A stretch of DNA of 64,000 nt, taken from IMG/VR virus record IMGVR_UViG_3300045988_046531, one strand, 5' to 3'. The translations under genes and the position numbers were made by a program. Source of the DNA: a virus. The notes below the pieces were generated by a model, which did not search any database, was not told where the DNA came from, and saw only the letters and a program-made list of their open reading frames with translations. Each line of letters opens with the position of its first letter. Within the stretch, counting starts at the first letter, position 1. Below, piece by piece: positions 28,424 to 38,314 of this stretch.

Positions 28424-28431
28424 ATATATTT
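28424..28431 (+). promoter_or_regulatory. candidate Bacteroides-type -7 promoter element TATATTTG about 45 nt upstream of the first rightward gene
   Basis: Matches the TAnnTTTG consensus known for Bacteroidota sigma-A promoters; a similar TAAATTTG is at 40727-40734. Confidence 0.3.
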
Positions 28432-28476
28432 GCGAACTTAAATCAGAATTATTAACAATAACTAAAATTTATACCA

Positions 28477-28731
28477 ATGGCTAAAGAAGTTAAAGACTTA
28501 ACAAGTAAAGAAGTAGATGAAGTAAAAATATTAAAGACTAGTTTGTCAGAATGTCCAGTAAATACTGATTTAGGATGTAATGAATCAAAGGCAACTAACT
28601 GGGTGAAGTTAGACAATAAAACAACAGATGTGAAATTAGAATTATTAAATAAATTGCAAGACGGACTAGCTAATGGAGCTGGTATTGAATATTTAATGCA
28701 ACTATCTTGCATTTATAATAACATTCGCTAA
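28477..28731 (+). CDS. hypothetical protein
   Basis: 84-aa ORF. Confidence 0.4.
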   Translation: MAKEVKDLTSKEVDEVKILKTSLSECPVNTDLGCNESKATNWVKLDNKTTDVKLELLNKLQDGLANGAGIEYLMQLSCIYNNIR

Positions 28732-28733
28732 TA

Positions 28734-29108
28734 ATGAGACATATTGATAGAATTAATAAGCAGTATGAAGAGAAGGAAGTTAAATTGCTATACGATAAAG
28801 CTGTAGCATTAATGAATCTTCTTAGTGATGAGGAATATGAACAAGTAATTACAGACAATGCAGATATATTTAAATTAGCATCTCATCCCGAGAAGGGTGA
28901 GTTCTATTTGCAAGATAAGCACAACTTAGTCCAGATTGTAGATATATTTAGTAAATTTATCAAAACTAAAGGTCTATCTAAGGACGAATTTAAAATAATG
29001 ACTCTAGATGAAGTTAAAGAGTATATGGTTGATGTTATTAATGATATTACGTCATTTGAACCAGATGAGCTATTCACGATAGTAAAGAACTTAGAGAAAC
29101 TTCAATGA
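28734..29108 (+). CDS. hypothetical protein
   Basis: 124-aa ORF. Confidence 0.4.
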   Translation: MRHIDRINKQYEEKEVKLLYDKAVALMNLLSDEEYEQVITDNADIFKLASHPEKGEFYLQDKHNLVQIVDIFSKFIKTKGLSKDEFKIMTLDEVKEYMVDVINDITSFEPDELFTIVKNLEKLQ

Positions 29109-29416
29109 AACTAGAACAGATACCAGGTGATTATGATAATGTAGACCAGAGAGCTCTAGAATTATTAGAGACTAATGACTATGAATTAGCAGAGTATATG
29201 AGGGATTATATAAAGGAATTATATGCTAACATACATATGAGAGACTTCTATATTAGAAACCTTAAGGATGAAATACTTCATACACTCAAACATAGAGACT
29301 CTATAAGTGGTGAGGAGCTACTACAAATACTAAATAAGGTAGCTCCATGGGATATGGAATATGATGGCAGATGGCAAACTAGAGACTATTTAGCAAGAGC
29401 AAAGGCTAATCAATGA
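29105..29416 (+). CDS. hypothetical protein
   Basis: 103-aa ORF. Confidence 0.4.
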   Translation: MKLEQIPGDYDNVDQRALELLETNDYELAEYMRDYIKELYANIHMRDFYIRNLKDEILHTLKHRDSISGEELLQILNKVAPWDMEYDGRWQTRDYLARAKANQ

Positions 29417-29477
29417 TAACACAAGAGGTAGAATTAGTGGAAGAAGCATTATATAGAAATGCATACATATATCCAGG

Positions 29478-29756
29478 TTGGAAGTATTACCTACCTGGAT
29501 TACTAAAGACAATATATTTATGAGAGGTAAAGACATAATAGTAACATTCAATGAGCCTTGGTATAATGACTATAACAAACGATTATACACTCAATTATCC
29601 GAACAAATGATTAGAGAAGAGATTGAGAGAGTGCATAAAGAACCAATCATTACTAATGCTGCATTTGATATAGCAGTAGACAAGGCTTTCCTAGAGTTAC
29701 TGCATGACAACAAGGATTTAATTAATATTACAGAACGATACAAGAACCATGAGTAA
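29478..29756 (+). CDS. hypothetical protein
   Basis: 92-aa ORF. Confidence 0.35.
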   Translation: MEVLPTWITKDNIFMRGKDIIVTFNEPWYNDYNKRLYTQLSEQMIREEIERVHKEPIITNAAFDIAVDKAFLELLHDNKDLINITERYKNHE

Positions 29757-29783
29757 AATAGCAACAGAATTAGAAGCTAAGAC

Positions 29784-30317
29784 TATGGGGGGGGGACTCT
29801 CTCGGTAATTGATAATAAGTGCTGTACTAAAGCTAGAGCACTTGAATTAGGATGTCAGATTAAAAGTGGATTTAGTTATACCGATAATCAGTTAGTGGAG
29901 TTAGAAGGTATAGAGGCAGCTATAACTGCTCCAAATGTAATCCTTCATTATGGTTGGGAGGATATGCCAATTAATAATATACAGCAATTTAGAGTACGTT
30001 TCTCATTTGTTAATCAGAGTTCAGTAGATGGAGAACCATTTAAGTATTCTGATAATACTACTTACTTTACAATTACTCCAAGATTAGAGCAGGGAGAACG
30101 AACATATACTAAAACTCTGGCAAATCCTCTTAAATATTACTTAGAGAAACTAGCACTTCCTAACCAAGACCCATATAATACACCTGTTTGGATACGCTTT
30201 GAGGGATATACGATACTTAGGCAAGTGTCTCAAATTACATTAGCAGTAGATTCTCAATCTGAGAATTGGGCAGAAGGAGCTTGCCATTGCCAACTTTATG
30301 TTAAAACTAAAGACTAA
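29784..30317 (+). CDS. hypothetical protein; the reading frame is open from an ATG at 29784 that is followed directly by a 9-nt poly-G tract (ATG GGG GGG GGG); the ORF track starts it at 29895
   Basis: In-frame extension checked codon by codon from 29784 to 29895 with no stop. Confidence 0.4.
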   Translation, partial: YGGGTLSVIDNKCCTKARALELGCQIKSGFSYTDNQLVELEGIEAAITAPNVILHYGWEDMPINNIQQFRVRFSFVNQSSVDGEPFKYSDNTTYFTITPRLEQGERTYTKTLANPLKYYLEKLALPNQDPYNTPVWIRFEGYTILRQVSQITLAVDSQSENWAEGACHCQLYVKTKD

Positions 30318-30482
30318 TAATTATGGATGAATTAAAGAACCAATTAGCACAGTATTTATGTAGCCAAATTCATAATGGTACTAAAGATTTGATTGAATTA
30401 ATTGAATCAGAAGACCTTATTAATGAACAGTGGTATAAGAACTGGAAGGAAGAGATGAGAATCTTACTACAGGAGAAGTAAT

Positions 30483-30722
30483 ATGATAATACTTAGTGGG
30501 AATTGTCCTAGGCATCATAATGCCATTATGTTGGAACTTACAGACTTTGATGATAGTAAAATTTCCTATCTAGCTAGAATATCTAGAGGACATCATGTCG
30601 ATACTCTGTTAGTTCCTAGAGAATATAAAGATACATTTGAATCTACAGAACTGCACAAAGTACTACTGCCTAATATTAGTATAGGTGATGTACAATTTGC
30701 TAAAATATACTATTATGATTGA
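30483..30722 (+). CDS. hypothetical protein
   Basis: 79-aa ORF. Confidence 0.3.
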   Translation: MIILSGNCPRHHNAIMLELTDFDDSKISYLARISRGHHVDTLLVPREYKDTFESTELHKVLLPNISIGDVQFAKIYYYD

Positions 30723-30922
30723 TGTTAGAAGGACATTAGAGAATTTACATCAGATACTTCCAAACTTATCAATAGAGGACTTATTTAGAGTTCTTGATAA
30801 TATAGTAGAGATTCCACAATTTAACGTAGGACAGACAACTACTATACGTAGAGATGATAGTGGCTGGAGACCATATGACCCAGGTACATTTATATCTTAT
30901 GCTAGTAATGGAATAACACTTA

Positions 30923-31132
30923 GTGATGAAGGAACTTGTAAATAATTGGAATGAGAAGCATCCCGAATACGTATTGGTACACGGGATGTATTCTTATGTA
31001 GACAACGGTCAGTCTAAGGATATGCACATGCTTACTATCTTTAATAAGGATAATGAATGTATATGTGAATATAAAGGAGAAGATTTTATTAAGTTGTATA
31101 ATACATTAGAAGAAGAATGGGAAGATGCTTAA
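30923..31132 (+). CDS. hypothetical protein
   Basis: 69-aa ORF. Confidence 0.3.
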   Translation: MMKELVNNWNEKHPEYVLVHGMYSYVDNGQSKDMHMLTIFNKDNECICEYKGEDFIKLYNTLEEEWEDA

Positions 31133-31156
31133 TGTTAATATAATAGTAAGTGAATT

Positions 31157-31441
31157 ATGGAGAATAAATTAAACGTGCCAAAGCTGGAATATAAAACAGG
31201 AGAACCTATGTGGGTTCATTGGGATAATAGATACGTATTGCGTGGAGGACATATACTAGGAAAATGCCCAGATGAGAATTTGATAACCACAGTGGGCTAC
31301 TTGGCATATATGGATGATAAATCAATAATATTGGGAAGAGGTATTGAGAATCATTGTAATGAGGACGGTACTCGTAGAGTAAAAGATACAGTACAAATAC
31401 CAATGAGCTTAGTAGCTAGCTATGGAAGTTTCAATCAATGA
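31157..31441 (+). CDS. hypothetical protein
   Basis: 94-aa ORF. Confidence 0.35.
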   Translation: MENKLNVPKLEYKTGEPMWVHWDNRYVLRGGHILGKCPDENLITTVGYLAYMDDKSIILGRGIENHCNEDGTRRVKDTVQIPMSLVASYGSFNQ

Positions 31442-31444
31442 ACT

Positions 31445-32299
31445 ATGACAAATGAGGAGTATAATAAATGGCTAATCCTTTACTTTGATATGCAATCTAT
31501 AAATTTACAGTTCAATTGTAATGATATAGCATCATCACTAAAGGCACAAAGAGATAAGATAAAACAATTCTGTATTGACTGTCTAACAGGAGTAAAACAT
31601 CAGGCTGACAGCTTTCTATTTGACACAAATGCTTGCATATTCTCTACTTCTGAAACTAGAGAGCTATTGTTCTCGCATGAAGAATATCTCATTCTTGAGG
31701 CTGATACTACTAAAGTAGTTGACGGAAAGTATCCCTTAGACTACGCTAATGAAATAGTAGAATCTAATTTGGACACTATTATTGACTATATAGTACAATC
31801 GGGAACAGAAACATACAATGATAGAACCAGTAGAGGATTTGGGAATAGGTGGAGTCCTTATAATGAGGAGGAACGTAAACAAGTAATTAAACTGTTTAAC
31901 TCTGGAACTTGGTATGATACACTTGGGTCCTTAAAGCATTTATATTATGAAAGAACCCCCAAAGGCTTAAGAATGTGTAACCTGACTGGCGAACCCTTAC
32001 AAGCCAATGTTCTAGAACATATAGAAGATATTATTTTGAACATAAAAGACCATTATGAAACATTTGCCGTTGTTCCTAGAGGTAAATCTAAATTACAAGT
32101 TTATATGACAATTAGCAATGGAACAAATGGGGCTGAAGGATGTATTATTAATTCTATGGAAGATGTTCTAAATGTGCTTAAAAACTTAAGGAAATATAAA
32201 GGAGTAAATTGGTCTCAATTATTAGAAGTTGGAATAGATAATGCAGATGATTTATATTGGTGGTACGTGACATTCTCTATAGACACTACAGCTATATAA
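31445..32299 (+). CDS. hypothetical protein
   Basis: 284-aa ORF. Confidence 0.45.
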   Translation: MTNEEYNKWLILYFDMQSINLQFNCNDIASSLKAQRDKIKQFCIDCLTGVKHQADSFLFDTNACIFSTSETRELLFSHEEYLILEADTTKVVDGKYPLDYANEIVESNLDTIIDYIVQSGTETYNDRTSRGFGNRWSPYNEEERKQVIKLFNSGTWYDTLGSLKHLYYERTPKGLRMCNLTGEPLQANVLEHIEDIILNIKDHYETFAVVPRGKSKLQVYMTISNGTNGAEGCIINSMEDVLNVLKNLRKYKGVNWSQLLEVGIDNADDLYWWYVTFSIDTTAI

Positions 32300-32428
32300 T
32301 AAAATTGATACCAGCCAGTAGATGCTAGGCACAAAGCCTAAGATAGTTTTTACATCTTCGTCTTGGTGGTCTACGCCAGTGCGCTCTGACGTATTCCCAC
32401 TTACCGAGACGGAATCTTATTATAAACA

Positions 32429-32472
32429 ACAAAGCCCGAACTTAGTTTAATTACTAGGCTCGGGCTTTATTA
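32429..32472. terminator. bidirectional rho-independent terminator between convergent genes
   Basis: AAAGCCCGA ... TCGGGCTTT stem with an A-run upstream and a T-run downstream. Confidence 0.6.
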
Positions 32473-32482
32473 TATCAACCTG

Positions 32483-33568
32483 TTATGTATTAATTTTAAT
32501 TACTTGTCTAGAATAGTCAGGCAAGTCAAGTATTTTATTACTTTGGTCAAATGTAGAAGCTGTATTCTGCAATAGGAGTCTTTTAGTTCCATTCGAACCA
32601 ATTGCATACCAATTTGAATCTACATATATTAAATCAGTAAGAGTATATTCACCTAGTGTAGATGTAGTCCAATTATTACCCCTATCTGTAGACACACTCT
32701 TCATATTATTTCCTATAAGCATAAATGTATTAGTCCCAGCTTCATTTGCATACAAACCTTTAGTCAAAGCAGTTAGTTGTGGTCTAGTGGTTGCAGCAGT
32801 CCATTGAGTTCCAGTTGGGTTAGTACTAACGTATGTATAATTACTTGTAGTGCTATATACTACACTTCTTGGCGAAGAATGAAACCCTTGTATTACTGCA
32901 CTTGGTGTAAACATTCCAGGAGTATAATAAGTAAGAGAATCTGGTACAGATGTAGCCAAGAAGGTATATATTCTAGCTCCTCCCTGATATGATGCCCCAA
33001 CACAGCAGTAATCATGAGGCCCAGTTGATATGCTATTGACTGGGCCTACAACACTACGCTCCTTTACTGTACCGTCATCATACACTATAATAACATAGTT
33101 CTTACCGTCTCCTTCTGCTCCCTTATAAAATACCCAGCCAGTAGAGAACCTAGCCAAGTGAGCATAACCATAAGCTCTTACAGTATCTTTGTATTTTAAT
33201 TCCCACTGTTTGGTAGACTGATTAACTACATACAATCCTCCAAGCATAGACAATGCTCCAATTGCTTCACCTCCTCCAGCTATGTATACAAAATCCTCAT
33301 GGCCGTCTATAGCTGGAATTTGAGCATAGGTACCACCGCCAGCAAAGTATAAACTACCTGTCTCCGCATTAATAAGGAATAGGTCTTTGTCTACAACTAT
33401 ATCTTCTTCTTTAACTAATTGATTTGGCTGGTAGTTACTAGACGCAACTACGCCACCCCAGAGACTAATTATGGTTTGGTAATGAGGACAATACCCCCCC
33501 CCCTTCCCGTAATCTATTGACATTCCAGTCAATTCATTCAGTTTGTCTTGTGTTACTATTTTACTCAT
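32483..33568 (-). CDS. BNR/Asp-box repeat protein (sialidase-like beta-propeller); carries a 10-nt poly-G tract (plus-strand 33494-33503) encoding GKGGGY near its N-terminus
   Basis: STDRGNNWT matches the S-x-D-x-G-x-T-W Asp-box; Gly/Thr/Ser/Tyr-rich beta composition. Confidence 0.45.
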   Translation of the reverse strand: MSKIVTQDKLNELTGMSIDYGKGGGYCPHYQTIISLWGGVVASSNYQPNQLVKEEDIVVDKDLFLINAETGSLYFAGGGTYAQIPAIDGHEDFVYIAGGGEAIGALSMLGGLYVVNQSTKQWELKYKDTVRAYGYAHLARFSTGWVFYKGAEGDGKNYVIIVYDDGTVKERSVVGPVNSISTGPHDYCCVGASYQGGARIYTFLATSVPDSLTYYTPGMFTPSAVIQGFHSSPRSVVYSTTSNYTYVSTNPTGTQWTAATTRPQLTALTKGLYANEAGTNTFMLIGNNMKSVSTDRGNNWTTSTLGEYTLTDLIYVDSNWYAIGSNGTKRLLLQNTASTFDQSNKILDLPDYSRQVIKINT

Positions 33569-34067
33569 TATATATTAATTTGCTATTGATAATTTAATAA
33601 ATATCTTTATATTTGCATCGTAAACTATTATGTCATACACCCTAGCTAAAGAGATGCTTACTATCTACAAAGATTAGTTAGTTATTAATTTAATTCAGAG
33701 TATTATGAGCAGAAATAGCTTACGAGCAAAAACTGTCTTCGTACATTCGTGTAAGATATCGCAAACTGGAACACGTTTGTAAGCATTACAGAAGACGTCC
33801 GCGTAGATAAGTTCAAAGCCAGATTGTGTACAGCAGTCTGGCTTTGTTTTATGATGTAAAGTTACTCAATATCAGTTAATTAAACAAATGGTAATATGTT
33901 AAGTATTGTTACTAGGTTGTTCACCTAGCATATCATCATCTAACTCCTCATGTATAAAAGCTAATATTTCACCTGTTATAGCGTTCTTAATACATTTGAA
34001 TCCGGGTGCAATTTCTTCAACTATCTTCTCACATTCAATAGTGCACCACTCGGGTATTGTTTTATCC

Positions 34068-37000
34068 TCACTTTCCATTGTCATAATTATTAATAGTAGC
34101 CGCAGTAGGAACTCCAACTGCTGTACCAAATCCATACTTGTTAAATCTTCTCATGAACTCATTCTTATCTTTAATTATGTAATTGAACATAATTCTAAGA
34201 TTTCTAAGCCCATTATTCTCACTAGTCCCCACATAAGGATTATTATTAATAAGTCTATCAATCTCATCAACACTCTTGAAGTTGGGAACTCCAGACTTAC
34301 CTGCTCTTTGTTCAAACTCTATTAAGGGATGCAATTGGGAGTTAAACTCTGAAGGAATGGTTAGATATTTATATTTATTTCTAACACTTACTTCGTTATA
34401 CTCTGGATGTTCTTTCATTATCCGTTTAACAAACTCATCTTCTGATACTATATTGTCCTTCATTAGAGCTTGTAGCCTAGGTCCTCCAGTCTTAGCATAT
34501 TGGTAATATTCAGCTGGAGTCATATCTTTTAACAGTGCTGCTTGGAGCAATTCTATCCCATGCTTAGCCTCGTGCCCAGGTACGTGTGAAGGGTCATTTC
34601 TAAGTATCTCGAAAGCAATTCTATCGAAGTCTTTAGTAACTAGTACGCCGTCATCTGATACAGTCCTTGATTTGTTTATTATATCGTCGTATATGCCTAT
34701 ATCTCCTTTGTTTCTAGGATATACTAATAATTCCCCGTTATTGTATCTTCTAACAAATCTCTTAGCTGCTTCGCCATACTTAGTCCCTAATTCTGCATCT
34801 ATACTAGCGATTCTCTGTTGCGTTTCAGGATTTAGTAGATATTCCACGAAATTCTGTATGTTCTTATTAATGTCTAAATCACCATTCATAGAAGTTCCTG
34901 TATCAATGAACTGGCTCTTCTCTAATGGCTTAGCTCCTTTCTTAAACACTCTACCATTCTTCAAATCATCTCTAAGACTAAAGATTACTTGGTTATTAGA
35001 ATATCCATTATCATATACATTATTAAAGATTACTCCATCTGCATTCATCTTATCAGCTGCTCGTTCTAATGCTGCCCTGTTAGGTACATCACCTACAGTA
35101 ACTATTGGTCTCTCTAACTCTAAATCACCTTCTACTCTGTAAGGTCTCTTGGCAAATCTCTCTCTAGCCTTAGCTGCTTTCTCTGCCTTACCTGGTATAG
35201 AATGATTAGCTGCTGTTCTTGGATTGCCAAATTTACCTTGATACCATATACCAACTTCAGGAGCGCCTTCATGAATAGCATCCCACCTTTCTGGAAAGTA
35301 TAATTTCGGGAGTCTAGCACTATTCTTATCATGTACTACATGTATGGATTGTCTAGGTCCCCAACCTACATTATTGGGCAATGGCTCAACTGAAGGAGTC
35401 CCTTTATCTATAGCCTTACTAATTACTCTAGCCCATTTATTACCACCAACAGCCATATCTTTTACTGGCTTTAACTTAGGTCCAAAGTTACGCATTCCAA
35501 ATCCACCTGCCAAATTACCTATGTTAAAGAAATCTGCAACTACCGGATTCATTCCTGTAGTCTTAGAAAGCATATCAGCCCAGTCTTTATATTTGTCATT
35601 ACTAGCTACATTGGTAATCTTATTAACTGCTTCATTACCTGCATATCCACCTGCTACTGATAATGGTCCAAATATTGCACCTGTTAATAATGTACTAACA
35701 TAGGGTGCGGCTTCTCTCCTTCCTCTATCTACAGCTCCTGCTAGATTAATATTCCTAGGAGTAACTGTTACTTCTGGTAAAGTTACATTATTCATACCAT
35801 TCTCATTATTAACTGGCAATACTATATTACCTCTCTTATCATAACCTCCCATATATTTAATAGGTTGTGCAGGTTCTTGATATTTAATAATACCACCTGC
35901 TTTGAAACTATTATACACGCCTCTTAATGAATTGGCATACTCCTTAGCTTCTGCATATCTTCTCTTACCTTTATTAGAACCAGTAAGCTTAGCTACAAAC
36001 TTATTAATATCATCATTCTCATCAAAGTCATATAGTCTCTTTAAGAATTGTATCTTATCTGCTGCATACTCATCCATAGAATTATAAGACCTAAACTTCT
36101 GCTTAATAGCTTCACCTTTAGCATTTTTATCATTACCAGTTACATAATCACCTTTCCATGAACTACCAGTAGTTAAATTGCCAAAGTTGTACTTACCTTG
36201 TGCAGACCTACCCCAACTAGATTCTAATGCGTCTTGTGCTAATAACATTCTAATTGCATTATCATTAGTAATACCTGCCTTCTTATAGGCATTAATAAGT
36301 TCTGTAGACCATTGTCTTCTGTTAGTATATGGACTCTTCCAAGTTGAGTTGGCAGTTTTAGTAACAGGTTTATCAGTAACAGATTTACTAGCTACTGGTT
36401 TATTAATTACTGGCTCTGCTGTAGGATTATTAGCTACTACATCAGGTTCATTAGTATCTCTTACTGGTACTACTAAAGCCTCTGGTTTATCGTAAGTTGT
36501 GTTGTAATTATATTCACTAAATGGATTAATAGGATTAGTAATATCAGTAATATCTACTCTAGGAGTTTCTACTACATTATAGCTTGCAAATCTCATTCCT
36601 TGTTGAGCTTTCTTGATTCGCTTCTTATAGGTTAGGCGACTTGATTTGATGAACTTCTTACGCATATCCCTCTTACCGCTCAACTCCTCTTGCTTCTTTA
36701 ATATAGGAGACTTCTTAAAGTCAAATCTTCCACCATGTGCCATAGTTACTAATTCCGGATTTCTAACAGACTTACCTTCAATCCATATAGGATTAGATTG
36801 CTGCAATATGAAAGGACGACCTACTTTATCCATTAATGCAGCTTGTTTAATAAGCCTAACTTGGTTAGCAGGATTAAATTTCCACATATCTTGAGAAGTC
36901 TGTCTAAGCTTACCCTTATTCATTTGAAACTTAACCAAGTGTCCAGCAACGTCATCAATAGGACCTATATAATCGGTTCCTGGCTGCCTAAAGGTCATAA

Positions 37001-38072
37001 ACTCTTTATCTCCCATACGCATTACTGGTTCAGTCTCCTTACCAACAACCTTGCCGATTGGATTCTTTCCAGCATAATCAGTAAACTCTGTAACATTCTC
37101 AAACTTAAGAGGTCTACCAGAGGGTACTACTGCACTCATTTCGTATCTTCTGTTATGAACTCCAGGATAAAGCTGCTCATATCTATCCCCATGACTAAAT
37201 CCTCTCCTTGCTTCATTACGGCTAATAGGTTTGATATTACTAGTAGCTTTATTAAAGAACATTCTTTTAACTACTGGATTCTCATCAAATATATATTTAG
37301 CTAATAGATTCCTACCTTCTAAATTTCCTCCACCTAGTATTGAAGAACCTGTGTAGTCGGCTGGCATTGTTTTTATATCTTGCAAACTTACTGATGCATT
37401 ACCGTTAGTTCTCTTGGCAGCTTTATAAGCAGCCACTTTTAATGGTAATTTCTCTACCTTAGATAGAAATGGAGTAATTCTGTTAGCTGTTGCCATTGCT
37501 ATATTAGAAGGAGTTCTTGCTTCCTTATTAAATATCCAATGATTCTTGTTAATAGGATTCCAAGCTAGGTCAGCGTCACCTTTAATTGATTTAGTTATTA
37601 ACTTGTCCTTTCCAATCTTATATCCTTTAGCACCACCATACCAAGCTCCTGGATTAGTATAAACTCCAATTTCGGACGGAATGCCAGTTTTATCTTCCAA
37701 CCAGTTACCCCAGCCCCCGGTAAGCTTATCCACAGTCATATTACCTAAAGCTCCTCCTACAACAGCGGCTGGAGTTGTTACTAATGCAGCACCAGCTGCT
37801 GAAGGAAGTATAGTTCTTTCTATTCCAACTAAAGGATTAGTCTCATTGGACATAGAAGCCCTGAATCTGGCTTTAGCTCCTTTAATAGGATGCCAATAGT
37901 CTCTATTTCTTTCAGCAGCTGACCTGGTATCATTAGAAGGTTCTCCACCTAAATCTACAATGGAATACTGTCTAGGTTTAGCTTTAATAGGTTCATGAAT
38001 TTCTGGCCTAACTACTTTAGTATTATCGGACTCTATGGTATTTCCTTGTTGTAGTTTAGGTATTACTTTCAT
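34068..38072 (-). CDS. large virion-associated (tail) protein with a glucosaminidase (FlgJ-like muramidase) motif and a separate HExxH metallopeptidase-like motif
   Basis: LAQDALESSWGRSAQGKYNFGNL matches the Glucosaminidase-family ALESGWG...NNLFG signature; HEAKH near the C-terminus; 1334 aa. Confidence 0.55.
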   Translation of the reverse strand: MKVIPKLQQGNTIESDNTKVVRPEIHEPIKAKPRQYSIVDLGGEPSNDTRSAAERNRDYWHPIKGAKARFRASMSNETNPLVGIERTILPSAAGAALVTTPAAVVGGALGNMTVDKLTGGWGNWLEDKTGIPSEIGVYTNPGAWYGGAKGYKIGKDKLITKSIKGDADLAWNPINKNHWIFNKEARTPSNIAMATANRITPFLSKVEKLPLKVAAYKAAKRTNGNASVSLQDIKTMPADYTGSSILGGGNLEGRNLLAKYIFDENPVVKRMFFNKATSNIKPISRNEARRGFSHGDRYEQLYPGVHNRRYEMSAVVPSGRPLKFENVTEFTDYAGKNPIGKVVGKETEPVMRMGDKEFMTFRQPGTDYIGPIDDVAGHLVKFQMNKGKLRQTSQDMWKFNPANQVRLIKQAALMDKVGRPFILQQSNPIWIEGKSVRNPELVTMAHGGRFDFKKSPILKKQEELSGKRDMRKKFIKSSRLTYKKRIKKAQQGMRFASYNVVETPRVDITDITNPINPFSEYNYNTTYDKPEALVVPVRDTNEPDVVANNPTAEPVINKPVASKSVTDKPVTKTANSTWKSPYTNRRQWSTELINAYKKAGITNDNAIRMLLAQDALESSWGRSAQGKYNFGNLTTGSSWKGDYVTGNDKNAKGEAIKQKFRSYNSMDEYAADKIQFLKRLYDFDENDDINKFVAKLTGSNKGKRRYAEAKEYANSLRGVYNSFKAGGIIKYQEPAQPIKYMGGYDKRGNIVLPVNNENGMNNVTLPEVTVTPRNINLAGAVDRGRREAAPYVSTLLTGAIFGPLSVAGGYAGNEAVNKITNVASNDKYKDWADMLSKTTGMNPVVADFFNIGNLAGGFGMRNFGPKLKPVKDMAVGGNKWARVISKAIDKGTPSVEPLPNNVGWGPRQSIHVVHDKNSARLPKLYFPERWDAIHEGAPEVGIWYQGKFGNPRTAANHSIPGKAEKAAKARERFAKRPYRVEGDLELERPIVTVGDVPNRAALERAADKMNADGVIFNNVYDNGYSNNQVIFSLRDDLKNGRVFKKGAKPLEKSQFIDTGTSMNGDLDINKNIQNFVEYLLNPETQQRIASIDAELGTKYGEAAKRFVRRYNNGELLVYPRNKGDIGIYDDIINKSRTVSDDGVLVTKDFDRIAFEILRNDPSHVPGHEAKHGIELLQAALLKDMTPAEYYQYAKTGGPRLQALMKDNIVSEDEFVKRIMKEHPEYNEVSVRNKYKYLTIPSEFNSQLHPLIEFEQRAGKSGVPNFKSVDEIDRLINNNPYVGTSENNGLRNLRIMFNYIIKDKNEFMRRFNKYGFGTAVGVPTAATINNYDNGK

Positions 38073-38314
38073 TATTTATTCGATTTATCGTTATTGGTGA
38101 ATCTCTTCCATATTCCTGTTACTGAATCTATACCAAGCAATCCCATACAACACAACAGGACTGTGTCTATCATTAATGGGGCTTGAATTACGTTTATTGC
38201 ACAGTATATTAACACTCCCAAGCAGACAAACCACCCTACTACTCCGCAGAGTCTCTTAGATGATATGCCAGAGTGGGATGTGAATACTTGCTTTAAGAAT
38301 GTTACAAACTTCAT
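38072..38314 (-). CDS. small two-TM membrane protein (holin-like by size and position, immediately downstream of the muralytic virion protein)
   Basis: 80 aa with two hydrophobic helices and a charged C-terminus. Confidence 0.3.
   Translation of the reverse strand: MKFVTFLKQVFTSHSGISSKRLCGVVGWFVCLGVLIYCAINVIQAPLMIDTVLLCCMGLLGIDSVTGIWKRFTNNDKSNK

Noticed and set aside
36646-37304. Plus-strand ORFs (82-153 aa) inside the 1334-aa minus-strand gene, and similar antisense ORFs at 34276-35703 and 37681-37899
   Set aside because: They are fully embedded antisense to a long continuous CDS with recognisable domains; no independent support
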